Of a stretch of DNA of 64,000 nt, positions 40,906-49,656 are shown piece after piece (the stretch's first letter is position 1; the number at the start of each line of letters is the position of its first letter). Origin of the DNA: Desulfobulbaceae bacterium (GTDB lineage Bacteria > Desulfobacterota > Desulfobulbia > Desulfobulbales > Desulfocapsaceae); NCBI GenBank assembly GCA_024636345.1, contig JAGXHG010000037.1, positions 68,191-132,190 on the forward strand, in the 5' to 3' direction. Below the pieces are notes generated by a model. That model saw nothing but the letters and a program-made list of their open reading frames with translations. It ran no database searches and was not told the origin of the DNA. The position numbers and the translations under genes are program-made.

Positions 40906-41154
40906 GTACGTACGCGCCTACTTCTCCTGACTATTTTCCTTCCAAGTGAAACAAAAAATCCCGTTGTTAATGCGCCAAAATCAAAGAAACCGCACTGATT
41001 TGCGTTTATTCAGATCTCAAGTCCCTTCTGTTCACATTATTGAAAAATAACTCCTTTCTAATCTCACCCTAATACAGAGCTGCTACATTTCTTTTTCATA
41101 AACGTACAATCACTCAGTTACCCAAAATAACAGTTAACATTGGATCAAATAACA

Positions 41155-41272
41155 GCATAAAGAGCCGTTACGAAATGCAAGGTCACACTCTCGTCATCTA
41201 TTCTAGGTGGGGACGACACTTGGCCATCCCTGGGCCTGCAAAAGGTAATGGTTCTTTCCTAACGGCTTTTAA
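41155..41272. repeat. Long variant (copy b) of the GAGCCGTWACGAAAT repeat family
   Basis: GCATAAAGAGCCGTTACGAAATGC...AAAGGTAATGGTTCTTTCCTAACGGCTTTT. The internal GGTAATGGTT equals the reverse complement of AACCATTACC in copy a. It is about 60 nt longer than the short copies. Confidence 0.65.
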
Positions 41273-41295
41273 AATTCGACCCATGGAGGAAAAGT

Positions 41296-41523
41296 ATGCA
41301 CTGTCAATATCTCTCTTGTTATACCCCTGCCAACAATACCTGGTCTGTAGCCAGTTGTTCGTTCAAGGGAGCACCTTATATCCCAAGCGTGCAGGAGCTG
41401 GAAAAGTACTGCAAGGTCAGCAGAGAGCAGCAGTGTCCTGCATTTGTGCAATCGCTTCCGCCTCTGCATGATGAATGTTTCAGCCCGGAGTTGGAAATTA
41501 TAGCTCTGGCTCAGTGTCGTTAG
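41296..41523 (+). CDS. Hypothetical 75-aa Cys-rich protein
   Basis: GGAGGA (41285-41290) lies 5 nt before the ATG. There are seven Cys in MHCQYLSCYTP...SCSFKG...YCKVSREQQCPAF...ECF...QCR. It is co-directional with, and 88 nt upstream of, the EAL-CBS-GGDEF gene. Confidence 0.5.
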   Translation: MHCQYLSCYTPANNTWSVASCSFKGAPYIPSVQELEKYCKVSREQQCPAFVQSLPPLHDECFSPELEIIALAQCR

Positions 41524-41611
41524 CAGGAGGGATACACTTATATTCTCTGTTGTTCGATCTCTATCCCCTGTTCTTTCGAGTAATCTTGAATATTGCAAGA
41601 GGTATAAAACG

Positions 41612-43459
41612 ATGTTCTTAGAATCATCTATTCTTGAAAAAAATGTACAGACAACGGTGTCGCGGGAGTTGTTGCTCCATCTTCTCGACACCAATAACCT
41701 CACCTCCTGGTTTCAGCCGATATTTTCCCGGCAGAACGGTGCGATCTACGGTTATGAGGCCCTAACCAGAGTGCGGGAAGGAGTTGCTCCCCATTTTGAT
41801 ATTTCCAAGCTGTTTGCCAAGGCCCAGGCTGAAGGCATTATTGCCAGTCTCGACATGCAATGCCGGGAAAATGCCTTTTGCCGGGCGGCAGAATTGGGAT
41901 TCATACAAAAAAACGCCTATCTTTATGTAAACATCTGCCCCGGCACTCTCATCCACTCAGACCACCGGGGAGGGGTCACCGATCGTCTGGCCGAGGACTG
42001 CGGTATCCCCAAAGACAGGATTGTCCTGGAGATCACCGAGCAGGAGGCCATCAAGAACTATGACCTGTTCCAACGGTCCATTGATCATTATCGCAAACGT
42101 GGCTACAAGATTGCCATTGACGATTTCGGCGTTGGCTACGGCGGACTGAAGATGCTCTCCATTGTTCAACCTGACTATGTCAAGATTGACCGCCATTTCA
42201 TTGATGAGCTCGATCGTTTTCCCTTTAAATATAATCTGGTGGATGCCATGGCCACAGTCTGCCATAAGCTTGGTATCATGGTTATTGCCGAGGGAATTGA
42301 GCGCCAGGAAGAGATGGAGATCGTTTCCCGTTTTGGCATTGAACTGTTTCAGGGCTATTACCTGGAGCGTCCAGGACCAGGGTTGTCGGATGCCAGTGTC
42401 GATATCCCAGGTAAGCAGAGTGATGTCTATGAGTGCACAGATTCGGTAGTTTCCTCCTGCGTGATCGGCAGTATCTGCCGCTATGTGGAGCCCCTGGCCC
42501 CTACCGACTCGGTGATGGCGGCCTTCAAACGTTTTCATGACAACACCAATCTACAGGGAATAGCTGTGGTCGCAGAAGGGCGGGTGATGGGCATGTTGCC
42601 CCGCATGCGATTTCTTGAACAACATTTAATCGGACCGCACGGCTTTGGCTATGCCCTCTGCCAGCACCGGATGATCAAGGACGTACAGGAACCAGATTTT
42701 CTGCTGGTAGAGGCCTCAACCCCGGTGGAAGAGGTTGTTCGCCTGATCCAGGGACGGCGCGGAGTCTCTTTGTATGATGATCTCTGTGTGAGTAAACATG
42801 GCAAATATATAGGTACAGTTGCCATTGCGGCCTTGCTTGATGCCATTACCCAAAAAAGCATCCAGTTGGCTAAGGGGGCAAGCCCACTTACCGGTCTACC
42901 CGGCAATGAATTTATCCAACGCACCGTGGCCCGTCTTATCGAACAAAGGGTGACCTTTGATGTTTGTTATATCGACATCGATGATTTCAAGCCCTACAAC
43001 GACTACTACGGCTTTGAAAAAGGTGACATGGCCATCAAAGGAATTGCCCAGCTTATTGTGGATGTAGTGCAACCGGATGGCCATAACGATCAATTCCGCT
43101 TTGTCGGACATATCGGCGGCGATGACTTTATAGTCATCAGCAGGTCACACGCCTCCTTATCGCTCTGTGAGCAGATTATTGACAGGCTGCAACAATTGTT
43201 GCCAAATTTTCATGGTGAAAAGGAATTTGAGAATGGGTCTTACCAGGCCATGGACCGACAGGGAAAGGTTCGTTGTTTTTCTCTCCTTTCATTATCGATC
43301 GGGATCGTCAGTACAGAAGACTGTGCGGTGAGTTCCTATGCAGAATTGGCATATCTTGCCACGGGAGTTAAACGAGCGGCCAAAAAGTTACATGGATCAG
43401 CCATTGTCAGCAACAGAAGAATGGCAGTGCAAGCAGAGTTACAATCTCTAGCTGCCTGA
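41612..43459 (+). CDS. EAL phosphodiesterase / CBS pair / degenerate GGDEF (GGDDF) protein
   Basis: EAL motifs YEALTRV, DDFGVGYGG, EGIE and QGYYLERP. These are followed by a CBS pair and a GGDEF-like domain with GHIGGDDFIV (GGDDF encoded at 43115-43129). Confidence 0.88.
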   Translation: MFLESSILEKNVQTTVSRELLLHLLDTNNLTSWFQPIFSRQNGAIYGYEALTRVREGVAPHFDISKLFAKAQAEGIIASLDMQCRENAFCRAAELGFIQKNAYLYVNICPGTLIHSDHRGGVTDRLAEDCGIPKDRIVLEITEQEAIKNYDLFQRSIDHYRKRGYKIAIDDFGVGYGGLKMLSIVQPDYVKIDRHFIDELDRFPFKYNLVDAMATVCHKLGIMVIAEGIERQEEMEIVSRFGIELFQGYYLERPGPGLSDASVDIPGKQSDVYECTDSVVSSCVIGSICRYVEPLAPTDSVMAAFKRFHDNTNLQGIAVVAEGRVMGMLPRMRFLEQHLIGPHGFGYALCQHRMIKDVQEPDFLLVEASTPVEEVVRLIQGRRGVSLYDDLCVSKHGKYIGTVAIAALLDAITQKSIQLAKGASPLTGLPGNEFIQRTVARLIEQRVTFDVCYIDIDDFKPYNDYYGFEKGDMAIKGIAQLIVDVVQPDGHNDQFRFVGHIGGDDFIVISRSHASLSLCEQIIDRLQQLLPNFHGEKEFENGSYQAMDRQGKVRCFSLLSLSIGIVSTEDCAVSSYAELAYLATGVKRAAKKLHGSAIVSNRRMAVQAELQSLAA

Positions 43460-43563
43460 TAGATAATGAATCTCTGGTGAATTTTTTATATTGAACACGA
43501 CTATTTTTTGACAGTTGCCGGAAACTGGGGAAAATAACCAGCATTTTTTTTAGGGGAATAAAC

Positions 43564-45738
43564 ATGCATATAGGTATTCGAAAAAAATTAATTCTGTCAT
43601 TTCTGGTAATTGCCATGATTGGCCTGATCACCGGTGCTTTTGGTTACTATGGGGATTCCATCGGTGAAAAAGCCATTCATGAGATTAGCAGTGTCCGACT
43701 GCCAGGTGTCGATAGTTTACTGACCATTGAGCGGGAAGCGGAAATCATTCGGGGCAGTCTGGCTACCCTCAGTATTGCCGGCCTGGATGAGGCCACTCGT
43801 ACGCGTCAATACACGACTATCGAGGAAGCTCGCACACGGTATCAGTCTGCTGTGGCTATCTATACATCCCTGCCGCAAACCGCCGAAGAAGCCACGCTCT
43901 GGAAACAATTTGTGCCGGCATGGACTGCCTGGCAGCAGTCGAACGATGAATATCTTGAGTTAAATCATCATATTGATGACAATGGCATTGCTGATCCCGA
44001 GCAACTTGGCCGCCTGTTCGAACAATTTATTAAAGATCATTATGTGCTGGCACATCGTATTGTTGAAATGCTTCTTTTAAACTCTCCTTCTTTTGACGGA
44101 GGTGAGGATGCCCCTACCTGTAATCTTGGACAATGGATGCCTACTTTTACCACAACAAATCCCGACCTGCTCACCGCTTTAGAAAGAATCAAAGCACATC
44201 ACGTCCGGTTTCATGAACTTGTCCATGAGATCAAAAAGTTAATGAGTGATGGCAAGCGTGAAGAGGCTGTGGCACTGTATCAAAAAGATATGATTCATCT
44301 GATGCAGGAAAATATTTTCATGTATCTAAAGACCATGCTGTATGTTGCCAAAGACTCCATTACCTTGGCTGAGCAGGGCAAAGAGTTATTGCTTGGTGCC
44401 TCCAGACAACATCAGGAGAGCGCACTCACCTTGCTTGAGAGGATTGTTCACCTCAACCAGAATGTTGCGGCAGAGGTCTCAAGACGAGCGAACGAGCAAA
44501 TGGCTTTCTATAAACTGCTGACCCTGGTTGCCGTTGTCTCGGGAATGATTTTGTCTGTTGTTTTTGGTCTGTTCAGCAGTCACAGTATTGCCCGACCTTT
44601 ACAAAGGATTGCTTCCCACCTGCAAATCATGGCTCAGGGTGATTTTTCAGCTGAGGTGCACGAAAAAGATTGTCTGCGTCGCGATGAGATCGGAGACCTT
44701 TCACAAGCAGCCGAGGCCCTGACTGGCAGTATGTGTGCCATCATTGGCAATATCAATAATGGCATTGGCACGCTGACTGCCTCCTCCTCTGGCCTGGCGC
44801 TTATTTCTGATGAAATGAAAGTAAGTGTCTCCAATATATCCGACCGGACCATCAGCGTGGCCGCGGCTGCAGAAGAATCCAGTGTCAATTCCAACTTTGT
44901 GGCCACCGGTATGGAGCAGGCAACAGCCAATCTCGCCACAGTGGCCTCGGCCACTGAACAGATGAGTGCCACGATTTTGGAGATTGCCGGTAACGCTGAG
45001 CAGGTGCGTGTCATCAGCGACGATGCTTCACGCCAGGCAGATAGTGTCACTGCCATGATGAAACAACTCGGTATTGCTGCCCAACAGATAGGAATGGTTA
45101 CCGAGACCATAACGACCATTTCCGAGCAGACGAATCTGCTGGCCTTGAATGCCACCATTGAGGCAGCGCGTGCTGGAGAGGCTGGCAGGGGTTTTGCGGT
45201 GGTGGCAAGCGAGATCAAAGAGCTGTCGCGTAAGACCTCAGCCGCTACCAAGGACATTCGTAGTCGAATTGATGGTATCCAGTCTTCAACCAATGTGGCT
45301 ATAGTCGATATTGACCGGATTGCCGGGGTGATCAAGACCGTCAATGAAATAGTTCCCCAGATGGCTGCGGCCATCGAAGAGCAATCAGTGGTGACTCGTG
45401 ACGTGGCTCTCAATATTGCTCGCGTAACTATAGGAGTCACTGACAGCAATGAGCAGGTCATGCAAACGGCACAGGTATCCGCCGATATAGCCGGCAACAT
45501 TGCCACCATCAGTGAGACGGTCGTCGGAATCAAAACTGAAAGTGATCAGGTTCAACAAAGCGCCACTGAGATGCTGACCCTTGCTGGACAGCTGAAGACA
45601 ATGGTTGCTGACTTTAAGATGTGTAAAGGAAAATCAGTGGTCTTGGGAGATCCTGAGCCCAATACCGATTCTTTTATGATTAGAAACAACACCGAGAAGA
45701 TGGTTAGTTTTGTTGATATGGCGCCGGTTACTGCATGA
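43564..45738 (+). CDS. Methyl-accepting chemotaxis protein with a CZB-like motif in the predicted periplasmic sensor region
   Basis: TM1 (aa 8-30), a ~285-aa sensor region, TM2 (around aa 316-340), HAMP, and an MCP signalling domain (...[35 protein letters not shown]...). The CZB-like pattern is H159..H164...C186-N-L-G-Q-W191...H212-H213-x3-H217-x3-H221. Confidence 0.9.
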   Translation: MHIGIRKKLILSFLVIAMIGLITGAFGYYGDSIGEKAIHEISSVRLPGVDSLLTIEREAEIIRGSLATLSIAGLDEATRTRQYTTIEEARTRYQSAVAIYTSLPQTAEEATLWKQFVPAWTAWQQSNDEYLELNHHIDDNGIADPEQLGRLFEQFIKDHYVLAHRIVEMLLLNSPSFDGGEDAPTCNLGQWMPTFTTTNPDLLTALERIKAHHVRFHELVHEIKKLMSDGKREEAVALYQKDMIHLMQENIFMYLKTMLYVAKDSITLAEQGKELLLGASRQHQESALTLLERIVHLNQNVAAEVSRRANEQMAFYKLLTLVAVVSGMILSVVFGLFSSHSIARPLQRIASHLQIMAQGDFSAEVHEKDCLRRDEIGDLSQAAEALTGSMCAIIGNINNGIGTLTASSSGLALISDEMKVSVSNISDRTISVAAAAEESSVNSNFVATGMEQATANLATVASATEQMSATILEIAGNAEQVRVISDDASRQADSVTAMMKQLGIAAQQIGMVTETITTISEQTNLLALNATIEAARAGEAGRGFAVVASEIKELSRKTSAATKDIRSRIDGIQSSTNVAIVDIDRIAGVIKTVNEIVPQMAAAIEEQSVVTRDVALNIARVTIGVTDSNEQVMQTAQVSADIAGNIATISETVVGIKTESDQVQQSATEMLTLAGQLKTMVADFKMCKGKSVVLGDPEPNTDSFMIRNNTEKMVSFVDMAPVTA

Positions 45739-45792
45739 GCAAAGATCCTGAATCTGTATAAAATGTAATCAGCACCTCTTCTCCTGATGCAC

Positions 45793-45838
45793 AGAGAGAC
45801 AGTCTGGCCTGCAAAACAGACTGGGCTGTCTCTTTTTA
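45793..45838 (+). terminator. Rho-independent terminator after the MCP gene
   Basis: AGAGACAGTCTG...CAGACTGGGCTGTCTCT forms a bulged stem followed by TTTTT. Confidence 0.6.
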
Positions 45839-46316
45839 TGACTCGCCCCCAATATCCCTGCTTCAGGGATATTGTCACTCTCTCAAAGAATCCCGCCTGC
45901 AACAAGCCCCATTATTAATTCACTCTCCTCCCTATCACTCCTTCACAGATAACAAGCAAGCTACCTCCTTTCTCTCTTGCCGGTACTACCCCGCAGAAGT
46001 TCTTGAATTGTTGTCTGGACGAGGAAGCAGTGATCATCTTTCGATGATGATTAATATCGATGACCCCGGCATCAATACCGATAGAAATAGAGTAAGCTCC
46101 TACCACTTACCTTTCCGGCACCCTGCTACAGCGAGACCAGACGCTGGTCAAGTTCGAGCATATACACAGAAAAAAATGATACTGTTTGCAATTTATGAAG
46201 GTTTGATGACATACTACAAGTTAGACCTTGTTAATAAATGTAGCCAACGCTTTTACACAATACATGTTAACTCGTGTCAATCCATAAATGGTATTTATGT
46301 GAACAGACACTAACGA

Positions 46317-48413
46317 ATGAACTTAAAAAAAATGATTCGAAAATTTTTACGCAATCTATTGAATCATCATCTTCCCCACGGAAACCTTGTCCATATATTC
46401 ACTGCAGTGCTGGTTGGCGCTGGCACCGGTCTGGCCGCAGTTTTCTTTATCAGGCTTATCGTTTTTATTCAGCTCGTTGCCTTTACGAAAGCGGAATTTT
46501 TTTCTTCATTTCTAGGGTATGGGACATTTATTTTTGTTCCGGTCCTTGGTGGCCTGGTGGTGGGACCCATTGTCGCTTTCTGGGCTTCTGAAGCCAAAGG
46601 GCACGGCGTTCCCGAAGTTATGCAGGCCATAGTTTTGCGAGGTGGCCGCATCCGGCCCAGAGTTGTGCTGGCGAAAATCATGGCCTCAGCAATCTGTATA
46701 GGCACTGGCGGCTCAGCAGGCCGTGAAGGGCCTATTATTCAGGTGGGATCAGCCCTGGGTTCCATCGCCGGACAATGGCTTCATCTTTCAAACGAGCAGA
46801 TAAAAAATCTGGTGGCCTGCGGTGCCGCCGCCGGTATCGCTGCCACCTTCAACGCCCCCATCGCCGGAGTGGCCTTTGCTTCCGAGGTTTTAATGACCGA
46901 GATGCAGGTCAGCATGTTCGGAAACGTCGCCATCGCCTCGGTCGCTGCCAGTATTGTCAGCCGTGTTTATCTGGGGGCCAGGCCAGCCTTTGACCTGCCG
47001 AGTTACGTGCTGAACTCGCCCTGGGAAATTCTACTTTATGTGGTCCTGGGATTGCTCGCCGCTCTGGTGGGCATAATGTTTACCAGGATGTTGAATTTTT
47101 CTGAAACTCTCTTCGATAACTGGAAAGTACCACTTGCCTTGAAACCGGCAAGCGGAGCGCTGTTACTTGGTCTTCTGGGATTTGCATATCTTCGCCTCGG
47201 CGGCAGTATCTATAATAATACCAAGGATTTTCGTCTCGGAATGCCATTGATTGAAAACATCCCCCATTTTTTCGGTACCGGTTTCACATTTATTGAAAAG
47301 GTGCTGCAGGGCAAAGAGTCCTTTCTACTCCTTTTTATCCTTATTTTCCTAAAACCGCTGGCCACTTCTTTCACCTTGGGTTCCGGCAATTCCGGGGGTG
47401 TCTTTGCGCCTTCACTTTTTACCGGTGCCATGCTCGGCGGCGCTTTCGGCTATATCGTCAAGGCCATTTTCCCTGAAATTGCAGGAGGGGTTGGGGCCTA
47501 TGCGCTGGTCGGCATGGCGGCCGTTTTCGCGGCGGCTGCCCACGCGCCCTTTACTTCCATGTTGATCGTTTTTGAAATGAGCAACGATTACCATATGATT
47601 CTACCGCTTATGGCCACTGCCATGGTGGCCTCAACTTTTTCCCAATGGCTGCATCCGGAATCAATTTACACCCTGAAGCTAAGCAAAAGAGGGGTGCGAT
47701 TGGAGACCGGCAGAGATCTTGATGTGATGCAGGGCGTGAATGTTGAAGAAGTTATGGCCAATTGCCCGGTCACTGTCCATAAAGACCAGTCCGTCGCTGA
47801 CCTGTATGCGGCCTTTCAGGAAACAAACCTGCGAGGATTTCCTGTTATGTCCGGTGATGAAGATCTTTATGGCGTAGTAACACTCCAGGACATGGAACGT
47901 ACTCTCTCCGAGCATGATAATATCCGGGAGCTTAAAACTGGAGATATTGCAACGACGAACCCGATCACGGTTTTCCCTGATGAACCGGTATGGACGGCGA
48001 TTCGCAAAATGGCGCCCCGTGATCTGGCTCGTTTGCCCGTAGTTTCACGCCATGCCCCCACAAAGCTGGTTGGCCTTATCAGTCGCAGTGAAATTTTACG
48101 GGCCTATGAGGTCGGACTGATGAGAAGGCAGCATAGCCAGCTCGTCCATGACCGCATGGCATTAAGAAAGATGGTGGATATCAAATTTATAGAAATCCGG
48201 ATACTGAAAGATAACCCGCTAGTCGGCAAGAGTGTGGCCGATTTGCAGCTTCCGCATGGAATGAATATGGTTTCCATTGAGAGAAAAGACGGGACTGTCT
48301 ATATACCCCACGGCGGCACAAAAATTGAGGTAGATGATCGAATTACACTTCTCGTCCGGCTTACTAGAATGAATGAGGTAAAAAAGATTTTTGAGGAACC
48401 CAATGAGCAATGA
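46317..48413 (+). CDS. ClC-family chloride channel / Cl-/H+ antiporter with C-terminal CBS pair and TrkA-C (RCK_C) domain
   Basis: Selectivity motifs GTGGSAGREGP and GGVFAPSLF. A CBS pair follows (aa ~480-600), then a TrkA-C-like tail (VGKSVADLQLPHGMNMVSIERKDGTVYIPHGGTKIEVDDRITLL). Confidence 0.9.
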   Translation: MNLKKMIRKFLRNLLNHHLPHGNLVHIFTAVLVGAGTGLAAVFFIRLIVFIQLVAFTKAEFFSSFLGYGTFIFVPVLGGLVVGPIVAFWASEAKGHGVPEVMQAIVLRGGRIRPRVVLAKIMASAICIGTGGSAGREGPIIQVGSALGSIAGQWLHLSNEQIKNLVACGAAAGIAATFNAPIAGVAFASEVLMTEMQVSMFGNVAIASVAASIVSRVYLGARPAFDLPSYVLNSPWEILLYVVLGLLAALVGIMFTRMLNFSETLFDNWKVPLALKPASGALLLGLLGFAYLRLGGSIYNNTKDFRLGMPLIENIPHFFGTGFTFIEKVLQGKESFLLLFILIFLKPLATSFTLGSGNSGGVFAPSLFTGAMLGGAFGYIVKAIFPEIAGGVGAYALVGMAAVFAAAAHAPFTSMLIVFEMSNDYHMILPLMATAMVASTFSQWLHPESIYTLKLSKRGVRLETGRDLDVMQGVNVEEVMANCPVTVHKDQSVADLYAAFQETNLRGFPVMSGDEDLYGVVTLQDMERTLSEHDNIRELKTGDIATTNPITVFPDEPVWTAIRKMAPRDLARLPVVSRHAPTKLVGLISRSEILRAYEVGLMRRQHSQLVHDRMALRKMVDIKFIEIRILKDNPLVGKSVADLQLPHGMNMVSIERKDGTVYIPHGGTKIEVDDRITLLVRLTRMNEVKKIFEEPNEQ

Positions 48414-48728
48414 TCATGTATAAAACACCACTTAATTACTCACAAAGCCCAAAAAAACGTAATTTAGGAAGCTGAAAACAACCAGATGACAATGCTAAAC
48501 AATGGATGTCTCAGCTTACAATCCTTGCTGGATCCCATCACCAAGGGTAGAATCAGGGGTAACTTGGCAAAAATCATCTGTAACATCTCCAAGAGGACCT
48601 TCTCCCTGGCAGGTTTTTGATATCTCCTTTTTGAATGGTTGTGAAGATGTGGGACCTAAAAGGAGAAGCCTTGACCTGCTTTTACTAAGCTTGATACCAA
48701 TTTACAGAAAACATAATACACGAACCAG

Positions 48729-49637
48729 ATGAATAAAATACTTCTTACCAGCTCACTGCTCCTCTTCTCATTATTCTGTCTCACCTCCATGGCATTTTCA
48801 GCCCCCATGGAGATCTTTGTCTCCATTCCCCCACAAAAATGGATCAGTGACAAACTGGGAGGAACGCTCGTGACCACGCATGTCCTGGTCGACAAGGGCC
48901 AGGACCCTCACACCTATGAACCCACTCCCAGACAGCTGAGCGCCCTTTCCCGGGCAAAGCTTTATTTCACCCTTGATCTGGAATTTGAAGGGCAAATCAT
49001 TCCCAAACTGAAAAAAACAGTACCCACTCTCCATTTTGTTGACTCAGCAGATTCCATTACTAAAATTGGAATGACTGGAGTGGGCCATGATGACGATGAG
49101 CAGAGAATTTCTGGCCAGAAAAATAAGGGCTACCATCATGAGGAAGGTCTAGATCCTCATGTCTGGCTTTCCCCCCCAAACCTGAAAATCATGGCCACGT
49201 CCATGGCCAAGGCCATGATGACCGAAGATCCTGCAAACAAACCAAGTTATGAAAAAAATCTGCAGGAAGTCATCAAGACCCTGGACCAGCTGCATCAAGG
49301 GATCGAACAACAACTAGCCCCCTTGCAAGGTGCATCTTTTTATGTCTTTCACCCGGCCTTTGGTTACTTTGCCCATACCTACCATCTGCGGCAGGAGGCC
49401 ATAGAAACCAGCGGAAAATCCCCAACCCCGAGACAGCTTTCCGCCCTGATTACCCAGGCCAGAACGAACAAGGCACAAGTGATCTTCGTCCAACCCCAGT
49501 TTGATCCAAGAAGCGCTGCAGCTATAGCCAATGCCATTGGCGGTGAGGTCGTTCCTCTTGACCCCCTGGCCGAAGACGTAATCGCCAACCTGGAAATTAT
49601 GGCCCAGAAGATTAAAGCGGCATTCACCGCCAGATAA
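48729..49637 (+). CDS. Metal (Zn/Mn) ABC transporter substrate-binding protein, ZnuA-like
   Basis: Signal peptide, a DPHTYEP motif, the His/Asp-rich loop GHDDDEQRISGQKNKGYHHEEG, and DPHVWLSP. No cognate permease or ATPase gene is adjacent. Confidence 0.85.
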   Translation: MNKILLTSSLLLFSLFCLTSMAFSAPMEIFVSIPPQKWISDKLGGTLVTTHVLVDKGQDPHTYEPTPRQLSALSRAKLYFTLDLEFEGQIIPKLKKTVPTLHFVDSADSITKIGMTGVGHDDDEQRISGQKNKGYHHEEGLDPHVWLSPPNLKIMATSMAKAMMTEDPANKPSYEKNLQEVIKTLDQLHQGIEQQLAPLQGASFYVFHPAFGYFAHTYHLRQEAIETSGKSPTPRQLSALITQARTNKAQVIFVQPQFDPRSAAAIANAIGGEVVPLDPLAEDVIANLEIMAQKIKAAFTAR

Positions 49638-49656
49638 GCTTTTTAGTAAGGCCCCG

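Noticed and set aside
45915-46106. A 63-aa minus-strand ORF (GTG start) reading ...YSISIGIDAGVIDINHH..., reminiscent of the phosphate-1 motif of ASKHA/BadF-type ATPases. It could be a gene remnant in the 578-bp MCP-ClC spacer.
   Set aside because: The similarity is a single short motif. The ORF is far too short for that fold, the rest is featureless, and I cannot verify it without a database search.
46020-46316. A possible fluoride (crcB-motif) riboswitch upstream of the ClC gene, since ClC-F genes often carry one. GATGATGA and CTCCTAC strings are present.
   Set aside because: I could not find the required complementary P1 and pseudoknot partners. In addition, this ClC has a CBS and TrkA-C tail and a GREGP motif typical of Cl-/H+ antiporters, not the short ClC-F type.
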